A DNA stretch of 64,000 nucleotides from Actinomycetota bacterium (GCA_040757835.1 JBFLWJ010000002.1:127498-191497); one strand, 5' to 3'; counted from the first letter of the stretch, positions 49,042 to 58,488 are shown. Notes: generated from the sequence alone by a model not told the origin. Made by a program: numbers and translations.

Positions 49042-49719
49042 TTACCTCCCTCGCAAGCAGCCGTCGACCAGCCGGCGCAATGCCCGGACCGCCCCAGCCA
49101 TGTCCGCGGTCCCGGTAACCGCGGAGATCACCGCGATGCCGTCCGCGCCCGCATCGAAGACCTGCCTCGCATTTGCCTCGCTGACGCCGCCGATGGCCAC
49201 TATGGGCAGCGCGACCGCGCCACGTATCTCCTCCAGTCCCTCCAGTCCCATGGGTAAGACCGCGTCCGGTTTGCTCGGTGTGGCGAACACCGGGCCCACC
49301 CCCAGGTAGTCGGCGCCGCCCGCTTCGGCTCGTTTCGCCTCCTCCACCGTGGTGGCTGAAATGCCTACGATCATATCCTCGCCGACCAGGGAGCGCGCCG
49401 CTTCCAGCTCCAGGTCCTCCTGGCCCAGGTGCACCCCGTCAGCCCCTGACGCCATGGCCACGTCCACGCGGTCGTTTACGAAGAAGATGCAGTCCCCCCG
49501 CTGCCTGGCCATAGCGCAGATGCGGGAAGCCAGTTCGTGCATCTCTCTCCCGCCGAGTTCCTTGGCACGCAACTGGATGGCGTCCGCGCCGCCCTCCAGG
49601 GCCGCCGCGGCCACGTCCAGGTGGCCACCGCCCGCCGACGTATCCGCGTAGGTGATGACGTATAGCCCGAGTCTGTGCCTCAGCATATTTTGCTCCGCAT
49701 CTCCTATCGCAACGTACAC
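49042..49719 (-). CDS. thiE: thiamine-phosphate synthase
   Basis: TIM-barrel ThiE motifs ('LYVIT', 'VQLRAKE', 'GADGVHLGQED', 'IGGV'). Confidence 0.85.
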   Translation of the reverse strand: MYVAIGDAEQNMLRHRLGLYVITYADTSAGGGHLDVAAAALEGGADAIQLRAKELGGREMHELASRICAMARQRGDCIFFVNDRVDVAMASGADGVHLGQEDLELEAARSLVGEDMIVGISATTVEEAKRAEAGGADYLGVGPVFATPSKPDAVLPMGLEGLEEIRGAVALPIVAIGGVSEANARQVFDAGADGIAVISAVTGTADMAGAVRALRRLVDGCLRGR

Positions 49720-49813
49720 GTCCAGGCCGTGACACTCGGAAGCGTCACGGCGCTGGACTCCGCTGCGCCACCCTCCTGGTGGCGCAATCGCTTACGCGAT
49801 GCATCCTCTCGAG

Positions 49814-49945
49814 CGTTAGAAAAGCCGCTGCCTGAACGGGTAAGCGGCTCATCATCACCATCGTGACCCACGTTTCCTCCGCTGGCATTACCCAGATCAG
49901 GTTCAGGAGTATGCTCTCAGCTCCCGCCGGGGAGCACCCCCACAT
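49814..49945 (-). promoter_or_regulatory. TPP (THI-box) riboswitch with terminator-type expression platform, upstream of thiE-thiC-thiL-thiD
   Basis: Minus-strand sequence 'GGGGUGCUCCCCGGCGGGAGCUGAGAGCAUACUCCUGAACCUGAUCUGGGUAAUGCCAGCGGAGGAAAC' matches the THI element core (CUGAGA; GAACCUGAUCUGGGUAAUGCCAGCG). A hairpin AGCCGCU…AGCGGCUUUUCU follows before thiE. Confidence 0.8.
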
Positions 49946-50115
49946 GGCGTTTATACGGTTTTCAATCCATTTCTATAATAGCTCAGGTCGTGGCCGTCAC
50001 CAAGGGCAACGGGCATCTGCCGCTTTGAAGGACCCCCGTCCCTGGTCCATAATAGCATCAGGTGGCGGAGGCCTCCCGGGCGGCCGCCAGCCGCGCTACG
50101 CATATGGGGGTTCAT

Positions 50116-51159
50116 ATGCTTGACGATGCCATCAGGATGCACAGGAGAAGGAGGTATGTCCGGTTCCTCTTTCCCTCCCTTGCCGCGCTCCCCATACCTT
50201 TCTTCGTCTATGCCCTGATCGCGTCCGCGCCGGACGGCTTTCCGCTGGCTCTCCCTGTTGCCATGCTGGCCTATATCTGCGTGCTGGTCGCGGTCATGGC
50301 CATCATCAGCGAGCGTGACCGCATCCTCGATCATCTCCTGAGGGCGTCCGCCGTTCCCCAGCCCTACCAGCGGAGATTGCAAGAGATTTGCGAGGAGGTC
50401 TTTCTCGCCTCCGGGCTCCAACCACCCCGCCTCATGTATGTAGATCGCGACGGCATGAACGCTTTCGCCTCCGGGTGGAGGGAGAAGGGCACCATATACC
50501 TGACCAGGGGGCTGCTCGAGGGGCTGAGCCACGGCGAGACACTCGCCGTTATCGCGCACGAGACAGCCAGGCTCAATGCGGGGTACAGCTACGCCGCCGA
50601 GATCAGGACCTCCCTGGGGGCCTTTACGAGATCGCTCGACCTGACCGGGGGGTCCCTGAAGGGGCTGCTCCTTTCCGGCCTGGGCATCCTCCTGGTCGTG
50701 CTGCTTCTCTTCGCTCTTCTCCCCCATTTCCTCCTCAACACCACCGGTAACAACGGGATGGTGACGGCCTTATACTTCGTGGTGATGCTCCCCCTGGTAC
50801 TGATGGTCATCAGGGCCCTTGACTCCGGCCTGGGCGGCTGCCGGGACAAGTTCTTCCTGGCGGATGACCTGGCCGTCAAGTGGACCATGGATCCCGAGGC
50901 GCTGGTCTCCGCCATGCGCAAGATGCAGCCCCTCTACGCCGAAAGGGCTTACGGCTTCCTGCAGCGGCTGGCCTTCGTCCCCCATATCCCGCACCGGACC
51001 CGGCCGGCCCGCGATCCGGACACCCCGGTCATCGTCTCTGGCGCGCGGGAGACCAACATGCCCCTGCCTGGGCGCGTGTTCGCCGAACGGAGGCCCGACC
51101 TTCCCAGCGTGGCAGAGCGGGAGAGAGCGCTGCAAGAGTCCGTTGGCCATCCCATTTGA
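50116..51159 (+). CDS. M48 (HtpX-like) peptidase homologue with degenerate zinc motif (HExxR)
   Basis: TM helices plus 'GMNAFASG…GLLEGLSHGETLAVIAHETARLNAG', which aligns to the HtpX 'ELEAVLAHELGHI' block but has Arg in place of the second His. Start set at an internal Met. Confidence 0.5.
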   Translation: MLDDAIRMHRRRRYVRFLFPSLAALPIPFFVYALIASAPDGFPLALPVAMLAYICVLVAVMAIISERDRILDHLLRASAVPQPYQRRLQEICEEVFLASGLQPPRLMYVDRDGMNAFASGWREKGTIYLTRGLLEGLSHGETLAVIAHETARLNAGYSYAAEIRTSLGAFTRSLDLTGGSLKGLLLSGLGILLVVLLLFALLPHFLLNTTGNNGMVTALYFVVMLPLVLMVIRALDSGLGGCRDKFFLADDLAVKWTMDPEALVSAMRKMQPLYAERAYGFLQRLAFVPHIPHRTRPARDPDTPVIVSGARETNMPLPGRVFAERRPDLPSVAERERALQESVGHPI

Positions 51160-51261
51160 CCACTGCCTGGGTTCTGCCCCGACCTGTTCCGCCCCGGCTC
51201 GGGAGTCGGTCGAGGGAGGCAAACACGGCCGCGTTATCGGGTATAATCTCTTTCGAAAGGA

Positions 51262-51827
51262 GGGCTTGGGAAATGGCAGAGAAGAAGGAAGATAAGAAGA
51301 CGGCAAAGGGCGGGGCGGGCAAGCCGGCACCCGGCAAGACCACGGCTAAGAAGCCCGCGGCGAAGAAGGCGGCCGCGAAGAAAGCCGCGGAGGACAAGCC
51401 ACGTAAAGAGGCAAAGCCTGAGGAGAAGCCGCCCAGGGAAGAGTTCGAGGCCCTGCTCGATGCGGAGGCCGAAGTGGCCGCGCAAGAGGAAGACAGGAAC
51501 GCCACTATTGCCGAGGAGAAAGAGGAACTCAGCGAGGAGGAGTTCCGCCGCCTGGTGGAGGAGAGCCTGGAGACGGTGACCGTCGCGGACATCGTCCTCA
51601 CCATGATGAACCAGCTCGCCAGCGTCGGATACATGAAGATGGGGCTGCCCGAGAACGTCAACCTGAAATACCGCGACTTCTCCCAGGCCCGGCTGGCCAT
51701 CGATACCCTGGAGGCCATGATCAAGGCGGCGGAAGAGAAAGTACCCCCCGAGCTGCTGCAGCCCTTCAGGGGGACCCTTGCCAACATGCAGATGAATTTC
51801 GTGCAGTTGATGCGCGGTCAGCCCTGA
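51262..51827 (+). CDS. DUF1844-like protein with Lys/Ala/Pro-rich histone-H1-like N-terminal tail
   Basis: SD AAGGAGG 10 nt upstream of ATG. N-terminal 'KKTAKGGAGKPAPGKTTAKKPAAKKAAAKKAAEDKPRKEAKPEEKPP'. C-terminal 'VADIVLTMMNQLASVGYMKMGL' block typical of DUF1844. Confidence 0.45.
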
Positions 51828-51840
51828 GAGCGGTGCGGGT

Positions 51841-52068
51841 TCAGGAGATGGCGTCGATGGAGGGTATGCTCACGTAGACCATTTCCCGCTCGTGCCTCTC
51901 GCCGGCCAGGGTGCAGCTCACGTTCTTGAGGGCCAGGAAGCCGTCGGCGGTGATCTCCTGCAGGTCGCCCCGGAAATAGTGTCCCCCCGAGGTCCAGATC
52001 ATCAGTTCGCTGCCGACCTGGTCACCGAAGATGCGCCGGAATCCCTCGATCTCGGCCATGGCGCTCAC
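51841..52068 (-). CDS. small Sm-like (Hfq/LSm-fold-like) protein, hypothetical
   Basis: 75 aa. Pattern 'MIWTSGGHYFRGDLQEITADGFLALKNVSC…EREMVYVSIPSIDAI' parallels the Hfq Sm1/Sm2 layout. Weak, by eye only. Confidence 0.3.
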   Translation of the reverse strand: MSAMAEIEGFRRIFGDQVGSELMIWTSGGHYFRGDLQEITADGFLALKNVSCTLAGERHEREMVYVSIPSIDAIS

Positions 52069-52634
52069 GCTCCTTCCTTGAGCTTCTCCAGACGCCTGCG
52101 CGCACGGGCGTCGTGGGGCTTGTAGAACAGGTAGTCTTCCAGGTCTTGCCGGGCCTCATAGTCGCAGTCCTTCCCTATCCAGGCCAGGGCGCGCTTATAG
52201 TACGCCTGGGCGTAATCGGGATACAACTCGATGGCCATGGAATAATCGCTGACGGCCGAGTCGTAATCCCCCACCCCCGCGTCGATGTCTCCGCGAGCCG
52301 CGTAGGCGGCGGCGAAATCGGGCTTGAGCCTGATGGCGTTGCCCAAGGCCTCCTTGGCCTCCTCGAACCTGTTGACCTTGCCAAGGGCAATGCCCAGGTT
52401 GTACTGGGCGACGACGAACTCCGGGTAGAGCTCCACGGCGCGGGTGTACATGGGTATGGACTGCTCCCACTCCCCCTTGGAATCGTGGAGTTGCGCGCGG
52501 GAGTTCAGCTCGGCCGCCTCCTTGATGGCCTCGATGCGCCCCCCGGACAGCGCGAAACCGCACACGGGGCAGTTATCGACGCCCACGGGTATCTCCCTGG
52601 TGCAATTGAAGCAGCGCGTGGTCCCTGGCACCAT
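52065..52634 (-). CDS. zinc-ribbon + TPR-repeat protein
   Basis: 'CFNCTREIPVGVDNCPVCG' zinc ribbon then at least four TPR repeats ('AVELYPEFVVAQYNLGIAL', 'AIRLKPDFAAAYAARGD', 'AIELYPDYAQAYYKRALAW'). Start trimmed because the extended ORF overlaps a tRNA gene. Confidence 0.55.
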   Translation of the reverse strand: MVPGTTRCFNCTREIPVGVDNCPVCGFALSGGRIEAIKEAAELNSRAQLHDSKGEWEQSIPMYTRAVELYPEFVVAQYNLGIALGKVNRFEEAKEALGNAIRLKPDFAAAYAARGDIDAGVGDYDSAVSDYSMAIELYPDYAQAYYKRALAWIGKDCDYEARQDLEDYLFYKPHDARARRRLEKLKEGA

Positions 52635-52651
52635 GATTCCCTTTGAAAAAG

Positions 52652-52728
52652 TGGCGCCCTTGGGGAGATTCGAACTCCCGCACGTGGCTCCGGAGGCCAC
52701 TGCTCTATCCACTGAGCTACAAGGGCAC
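52652..52728 (-). tRNA. tRNA-Arg (anticodon CCG), CCA encoded
   Basis: Hand-folded: GUGCCCUUGUAGCUCAGUGGAUAGAGCAGUGGCCUCCGGAGCCACGUGCGGGAGUUCGAAUCUCCCCAAGGGCGCCA. Acceptor, D, anticodon (loop CUCCGGA) and T-arm (GUUCGAAUC) all canonical. Confidence 0.85.
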
Positions 52729-52825
52729 TGATGACCCCAAAAAACATAACCATATTAACAAGCGCCTAGGGGCTTTTCAATGCAGGCTCACGGTGATTTC
52801 CCGCCATCATGATGCATTCCCGGGC

Positions 52826-53833
52826 TCAGGCGGGCAGGTAGACCCACAGTTCTCCCTCGTCGGCCCGCCTTACCGCTCCTTGCTCTTCGAGGATGAGCAG
52901 GTGTCCCAGTGCCTCCTTCAGGGCCAGGAAATGATCGACGCCGGGCGGGCCCTTCCTCACCTGCGGAAAGAGCTGCAGGGCCACTTCCCACACCGTGCGG
53001 CAACCCCTGCCCACCGCGTCACGGGTCTTCTCCAGGCGCTGCTCGTGGTGGAGGAGGTTTATCTCTATCCTTTTCCTCACCTTGCGGATGGACCTGCCGT
53101 GGCCGGGATACGCGGCGTGGATGTCGTAGGACTCCAGCAGCCGTAGTGAAACGAGGAACTGCGGCAGTCCGGTGATGTATCCCCGCCAGGGCGGGCAGTA
53201 GAGTTCCGGGTTGGGGGTGATGGTGCGCATGAGGTGGTCACCCGAGAAGAGCAGTTTCTCCCCGCGCAGGAAATAACATAGGTGCCCTGCGGTGTGTCCG
53301 GGGGTATGGATAACCTCCAGTTCACGGTCCCCCGCTTTCACCGTTTCTCCGCCGCCCAGCCGCACTTCGACGCGGCACGGCTCCGAGAGCTTGTTCCATA
53401 CCGACGCAAGATCGAACACCAGTTGGGCCATATCGGAGGGGAACCCCATGGAGGAGGACATGGACGAATAACAGCCGTATTCCTTTCGCAGGCGGTCTCC
53501 GGCTCCCTCGATGCGCGGCCGCTCGTAGCGGTGGGCCGCCACCCGGGCCCCGGTCGCGGCGCTCAGCCGCGCCGCCAGCCCGCAGTGGTCGATATGGGAA
53601 TGGGTGAGGTAGATATAGGCCATCTCATCTATGCCCGCGTAGCGCAGCGCCGCGGTCACGAGTTCCTGGAGAAGCGGGTGGTAGGGCCCGGCGTCTATGA
53701 GCGCGGGATACTCGCCCTTGAAGAGGTACAGGCTGATGTTCTTCAGCTCGTGCTCTATGGGTATATCGATGTGCAGGATGTCCTCGCGAATGGGCTTGAC
53801 CATTCCCGACAGGTCTATCCCCGCTGGTATCAT
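52826..53833 (-). CDS. MBL-fold metallo-hydrolase
   Basis: 'THSHIDHCG' HxHxDH motif and downstream His/Asp ligands, 335 aa. Confidence 0.75.
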   Translation of the reverse strand: MIPAGIDLSGMVKPIREDILHIDIPIEHELKNISLYLFKGEYPALIDAGPYHPLLQELVTAALRYAGIDEMAYIYLTHSHIDHCGLAARLSAATGARVAAHRYERPRIEGAGDRLRKEYGCYSSMSSSMGFPSDMAQLVFDLASVWNKLSEPCRVEVRLGGGETVKAGDRELEVIHTPGHTAGHLCYFLRGEKLLFSGDHLMRTITPNPELYCPPWRGYITGLPQFLVSLRLLESYDIHAAYPGHGRSIRKVRKRIEINLLHHEQRLEKTRDAVGRGCRTVWEVALQLFPQVRKGPPGVDHFLALKEALGHLLILEEQGAVRRADEGELWVYLPA

Positions 53834-54330
53834 CCCACCAGCGCCGTTTCCAGGTAGGGTTCCCAGGTGGGATGGATGTCCGTAGCCAGGCTGAAGATCC
53901 AGATGTGGTCATGGGGCGGGACCGGCTTGTGCGAGAGCTTGAGCCCGGCCTCGGAGGGCAGCCGGTTCATCTTGCGGGTGTTGCAGCGGCGGCAGGCGGC
54001 GACGACGTTGTCCCATGCGTGCTGCCCGCCCCGGCTGCGCGGTATGACGTGGTCGATACTCTCCGCCTTATCCCCGCAGTACTGGCAGGTGTGCCTGTCC
54101 CTCAGAAAAACGGCGCGGCGGCTGAGGGAGACGCCGCGATAGGGAACGCTGACGTAATACGCGAGCCGGATCACGGTGGGAAAAGGCATGATCAGGCGCT
54201 CGGAGTGGAGGTATTCGCCACGCTCCTCGATGATCTCCGCCTTGTTCTTGAGCACGAGGACCACGGCTCGCTTGACGTTTACCAGGTTCAGTGGCTCATA
54301 GGAAGCGTTGAGGACCAATACCCTGCGCAT
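53830..54330 (-). CDS. HNH endonuclease
   Basis: 'CQYCGDKAESIDHVIPRSRGGQHAWDNVVAACRRCNTRK' HNH/zinc-finger motif. SD AAGGAG before 'MRRVLVL'. Confidence 0.75.
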   Translation of the reverse strand: MRRVLVLNASYEPLNLVNVKRAVVLVLKNKAEIIEERGEYLHSERLIMPFPTVIRLAYYVSVPYRGVSLSRRAVFLRDRHTCQYCGDKAESIDHVIPRSRGGQHAWDNVVAACRRCNTRKMNRLPSEAGLKLSHKPVPPHDHIWIFSLATDIHPTWEPYLETALVG

Positions 54331-54471
54331 CGTCTCCTTATTACCCGGCGGCACACCGCTTCAAGATGATAGATACCTGTCGCCGCGCGCCCTCGGCCTC
54401 CTTTTCTATTACCTTGACACGGACACTTCGCCCTTATGATAAACCATCTGCATCTCACGGGTCGACCCCGC

Positions 54472-55089
54472 TCAGACCACGGCCAGCAGACGGTCCACCG
54501 CGATCTCCGCCAGCACCGAGAGGTCTTCCGTAGGCAGGTAGCCGGGTGCCGAGATATCGAAGAGGACCCGGGCCGAGGCCCCGAACTCCTCGTCCGCCTC
54601 GTTGAAGATGATGAGCAGGGGCACGCGGGGCAGCACCTCCCAGGCGACGGCCACGTCTCCCGGGAGGTCGAGGTGGCGCGCGTTGTGCCGCGCCCAGTCG
54701 CGCAGGGAATCCAGGCGTCCCGCGAGACCGCGCGACAGCGGTCCCTCCACCTCGGCCACGAAAGCGGGCTCGTGGTAACGGGCCCCGGGGAGGTCGCGGT
54801 AGGAGACCCACTGCTCCGCCGTAGGGGTGCCGTCCGCACCCACAAGATAGTGGAGGATGATGATCTCCGCCATGCCGCTGGCGGGGACGCCGTCCGCCAG
54901 CGTGACCTCCCCGTCCGGATAAGACACGCGGTGATCCTCGCCGAAAAACGGCACGGTGAACCAGCCACCGGCGTACGAATACAACGTGCCAGAACGTGAC
55001 GATACCCAGGACGGGTCCAGTGCTGCCAGCTCGCGGCGCGCTTTCTCCCTGGCCTCCCGCAACTGGTCCGGTCCGTATTCCTGTGTCAT
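54472..55089 (-). CDS. hypothetical protein (DUF3786-like by recollection)
   Basis: About 205 aa from 'MTQEYGPDQL…'. ATGA overlap with the upstream MBL gene. No motifs I can name with certainty. Confidence 0.3.
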   Translation of the reverse strand: MTQEYGPDQLREAREKARRELAALDPSWVSSRSGTLYSYAGGWFTVPFFGEDHRVSYPDGEVTLADGVPASGMAEIIILHYLVGADGTPTAEQWVSYRDLPGARYHEPAFVAEVEGPLSRGLAGRLDSLRDWARHNARHLDLPGDVAVAWEVLPRVPLLIIFNEADEEFGASARVLFDISAPGYLPTEDLSVLAEIAVDRLLAVV

Positions 55090-55979
55090 CTCTCCCTCCC
55101 TAGGCAGCGCGATATGCCGTGTACGTTGAGCAGGCTCACGCCTCCGAACATGAAAATACCATAGGGGGAACTCACGTCCATGATGCGCATTAGCCGCCCG
55201 GCGGTCCGCTTGGGATCGCCGTCCGGACCCATGGCGCTCACCGCCTCCACCATCAGCTCCAGGTTGTGCGATGACAGCCGGGCCAGTTCGGTGCTGGCGC
55301 CACCGCAGCCGAAATGGGTGAAGCATGTGCGGCCGCAGCCAAGGGCCGCAAGGCGCTCCAGGGTGTGGCGCTGTTGTTCCAGGTCGAAATCGGGGGGCGG
55401 CGTCACCGGGATCACCTTTCCCTCGGGGGCGAGGTAGAGGCCGAGGGAGTCGCCGCTGAACAGGGTCCCGGAGGTCTCGTCGACCACGCAGATGTGGGAG
55501 GAGGCGTGGCCGGGAGCCGGGACCATACGCAATGTCCTGTTTCCCAGGGAGACGCTCTCCATGTCCTCGGCGCCCACGAGCCTCTCCCTGGCGATGGGCT
55601 CCATGTCGCCGTACATGTCGGCGATCCTGCCCAGGGAGCGGCGCGCGCTCGCCACCAGCCGCGCCGGGTCGGCCAGGATATCCAGGCCTTTGCGCGCAAC
55701 CACCACGCTGGCGTTGGGAAGCTCGCGCATCAGGTGACCGGCGCCGCCGGCATGATCGAGATGGATATGGGTGACGATGATATACTGTACCTCTTCCCGG
55801 AGTATGCCCGCCTCGTCGAGGCCTTCAAGGACCGTCCCGTAACTGACCGATATCCCGGCGTCCACCAGCGCCGCGCCTGCGTCTCCCCGCAGCGCATAGA
55901 CGGCGGTGAACCCGGGCACATCCGCCATGGCCGTGTCTATCAGCCAGATGCCTTCCGCGACCGCCCGCACTTCGGTCAT
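55086..55979 (-). CDS. MBL-fold metallo-hydrolase
   Basis: 'THIHLDHAGG' HxHxDH motif, 297 aa. Confidence 0.75.
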   Translation of the reverse strand: MTEVRAVAEGIWLIDTAMADVPGFTAVYALRGDAGAALVDAGISVSYGTVLEGLDEAGILREEVQYIIVTHIHLDHAGGAGHLMRELPNASVVVARKGLDILADPARLVASARRSLGRIADMYGDMEPIARERLVGAEDMESVSLGNRTLRMVPAPGHASSHICVVDETSGTLFSGDSLGLYLAPEGKVIPVTPPPDFDLEQQRHTLERLAALGCGRTCFTHFGCGGASTELARLSSHNLELMVEAVSAMGPDGDPKRTAGRLMRIMDVSSPYGIFMFGGVSLLNVHGISRCLGRER

Positions 55980-56007
55980 CTTTCCCCCCTGCGAACCGTG
56001 GGCTCGA

Positions 56008-56748
56008 TCATCTTATGCCCCAGGCGCGGTGGGCCTGGGGGACAACACGCACGTCCGCGAAGAACTGTCTCGTGATGAGGTACAGCTCCCAAGCCTGGCG
56101 CGGGTTCATCCCCGTTTCGCCCGGCCGGGGCGATACCGGCTGCAGAACCAGTGTTCTTCCGGGTGCCGCGCTGCCCACTGCGCGGCAGGCCTCTTCGACC
56201 TCGGCGCCACAGCTCTCCCTTGTGATGACCATCTTTAAGAAGAGCTCCGCCCCCGCCGCCTGCCGCAGGAAAGCACGGTGGCGGCCGCTGAGGTCTTCTC
56301 CCCCCTGGGAGGATGGGAGCTTGATATCCATGGCGATCCAGTCCGTCCAGGGCATTACCGCCGCAAGCTCCTCCGCCAGGGTCCCGTTGGTCTCAAGATA
56401 TACGCGCATCCCCGCCCGTTTGAGAAGGGGGAGCAACTCCTCCAGCGCCGCCGCCTGCAGCAGCGGCTCGCCGCCGGTTACGCTGACGGAATGCATGGCG
56501 GGGTGCCAGAAGGAAGCGATCCGGTCGAACGCGCCGGCGGTTTCCAGGGGGTTCCGGACCTCATCGGGCTGTCCGTCCCACGGGAACAGCATGCACTTCT
56601 CCGCCCGCTCCCACGCCGCCGGGGTGTCGCAGTAGCTGCAGCGCAGGTTGCAGCCCGACAGCCTGACGAAGACCTGGGGGACGCCGACCAGGACCCCTTC
56701 GCCTTGAAAGGAGAGGAAGATCTCGTGGATAAACAGTTCCCGGCTCAT
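56008..56748 (-). CDS. queE: 7-carboxy-7-deazaguanine synthase (radical SAM)
   Basis: 'VFVRLSGCNLRCSYCDT' CX3CX2C-type cluster motif and QueE length (246 aa). Confidence 0.85.
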   Translation of the reverse strand: MSRELFIHEIFLSFQGEGVLVGVPQVFVRLSGCNLRCSYCDTPAAWERAEKCMLFPWDGQPDEVRNPLETAGAFDRIASFWHPAMHSVSVTGGEPLLQAAALEELLPLLKRAGMRVYLETNGTLAEELAAVMPWTDWIAMDIKLPSSQGGEDLSGRHRAFLRQAAGAELFLKMVITRESCGAEVEEACRAVGSAAPGRTLVLQPVSPRPGETGMNPRQAWELYLITRQFFADVRVVPQAHRAWGIR

Positions 56749-56777
56749 CTGCGGGCCCGGTCCATCTTCGGGCCTTA

Positions 56778-57365
56778 TCAGGAAACGCCTCTGACCTTGC
56801 AGCGCGCCTCCTCGATGCCCTTGACCTCTCCGATGAATCCCTGCAGCACCTTGAGGATGAAGTCGTCCACCGGCACGTCCAGGTCTTCGAGGCCCAGGGT
56901 GGGCACCGGGGTGTTGTCGCTGGAGACGTTGATGCCCAGGTGGATGAGGGTGGATACCGGGCTCACGGTGGCCACGGAGACGGTGAGCTTGCGGTTCTCC
57001 TCCTCTCCCTCTTCCACCTCCACCTCGATGTAGAGGTCATCGCCCTTCCTGACGATGAACAGTTCCGGCTTCAGCTCCTCGATGACGTCCTTGACCACGC
57101 AGAGGAACAGTCTCTGCATGACCACGGCGCGGTCCAGGTCAGTATCGAACATCTCGATCAGGAAATGAGCCATCTCCTCGCTGCCGATCTCGGCGCGGTT
57201 CTTGCGGTCTTCCATGTCCACTAGGTCCTCGACCCCCACCCTACACGGACCGCGGAAGGCCAGGATGGAGTCCCCCTGCACGTCGTACTCGGAATAAGCA
57301 TACAGAGACCGCAGCTGGCTGCCGTCGTAGGTGATCTTCTTGCCCTTGATGTACTTGCCTTTCAT
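56778..57365 (-). CDS. uncharacterised acidic protein embedded in the que operon (DUF366-like by recollection)
   Basis: 195 aa with no catalytic motif recognised. Not QueF (lacks the E(S/L)K(S/A)hK motif and Cys context). Tightly packed between queE and queC. Confidence 0.3.
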   Translation of the reverse strand: MKGKYIKGKKITYDGSQLRSLYAYSEYDVQGDSILAFRGPCRVGVEDLVDMEDRKNRAEIGSEEMAHFLIEMFDTDLDRAVVMQRLFLCVVKDVIEELKPELFIVRKGDDLYIEVEVEEGEEENRKLTVSVATVSPVSTLIHLGINVSSDNTPVPTLGLEDLDVPVDDFILKVLQGFIGEVKGIEEARCKVRGVS

Positions 57366-57400
57366 GGCCCCTCCATATCTCTACCCTCCGACAACCCTGT

Positions 57401-58102
57401 TCATGGCATGCGCGAAAAAAGCCTTTCGAGCCTCCCCGTGACCCGCAGGAGCGAAGCTGCCGCGAGGAGGCGGACACAGGATTCACACGAACCGCACATC
57501 TTTTCTTCCCCATTATAGCATGACCAAACATAGCGAAAGTCCAGCTCACGCCGTATTGCCTCGCGCATGATTGCCAGTTTATCCCATCCAACGGTGAAGC
57601 TGCGCACCCTGACCCGGGACAGCGTGGAGTAGCCCAGGGCGCGGTTGGTCTCTCGCACGAACGCCGCGGTGTTATCGGGAAAGGCGGCCCCCTCCTCGGC
57701 ATTGAGGCCCATGATCACCCACCTAAGTCCCCTGGACTCGGCTACACAGGCCCCCATGTTGACCAGCAGGCCGTTGCGGTTGGGCACCCAGACCGCTTTC
57801 ATATTCTCATGAGCCTGGACCGGGTCGGCGAGCTGTTCCGGCTCCACCCCGGGCAGGTCGGCCTGCGGGCTGGTCAAGGCGCCTCCCCCCACCTCCGCCA
57901 GCCAGGTCGCGTCCAGGACCAGGTTGTCGACGCCATACGTTTCGCACAGGGCGCGCGACCTCTCCACCTCGCGGCGCGCCGCACGCTGCCCGTAATCCAC
58001 CGTCACCGCCACATCCACCCCACCGTGTTCCATCGCCATGAGCAGGTTTACGGCGGAGTCCAGTCCAGCGGAGAGGAGGACCAGGTTGCGCCCCCCGCTC
58101 AC
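57401..58102 (-). CDS. queC: 7-cyano-7-deazaguanine synthase
   Basis: PP-loop 'VLLSAGLDS' and C-terminal zinc motif 'CGSCESCVRL'. GTG start overlapping the queD stop (GTGA). Confidence 0.85.
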   Translation of the reverse strand: MSGGRNLVLLSAGLDSAVNLLMAMEHGGVDVAVTVDYGQRAARREVERSRALCETYGVDNLVLDATWLAEVGGGALTSPQADLPGVEPEQLADPVQAHENMKAVWVPNRNGLLVNMGACVAESRGLRWVIMGLNAEEGAAFPDNTAAFVRETNRALGYSTLSRVRVRSFTVGWDKLAIMREAIRRELDFRYVWSCYNGEEKMCGSCESCVRLLAAASLLRVTGRLERLFSRMP

Positions 58103-58488
58103 GCTTCCTCCCGGTAGACCACTTCGGTGTCGGGGGATTCGGACACGCTCACCCACGCCAGGCGCACTCCCGCCGGAAGAGCCGCGAGCCGCTCCCGCAG
58201 CGAAAGATAGATGAAACGCGCGATGTTCTCGGAGGTGGGTGAGGTATACGTAAAGGGCTCGACCTCGTTGAGGCAGCGGTGGTCGAAGGGGGCGATGATC
58301 TCCTCCAGGAGCCGCTTCAGGTCGTGGAAGTCTACCAGCAGATGCGAGGGGCCCAGCCGGGATCCTGCCAGTGCCGCCCGCACCCTGAAGTTGTGGCCGT
58401 GCATGCGGGCGCATGGACCGTCGTAGTCCCTGAGCATATGCGCCGCATCGAAGTGGGTACCGGCGCTGATCTCGAAGGTCCCGGCCAT
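58099..58488 (-). CDS. queD: 6-carboxy-5,6,7,8-tetrahydropterin synthase
   Basis: 'CARMHGHNFRV' PTPS/QueD Cys-His-His zinc motif. About 130 aa from the internal Met. Confidence 0.85.
   Translation of the reverse strand: MAGTFEISAGTHFDAAHMLRDYDGPCARMHGHNFRVRAALAGSRLGPSHLLVDFHDLKRLLEEIIAPFDHRCLNEVEPFTYTSPTSENIARFIYLSLRERLAALPAGVRLAWVSVSESPDTEVVYREEA

Noticed and set aside
49745-49945. 66-aa ORF upstream of thiE
   Set aside because: It overlaps the TPP riboswitch aptamer and is an artefact of an open frame in structured RNA.
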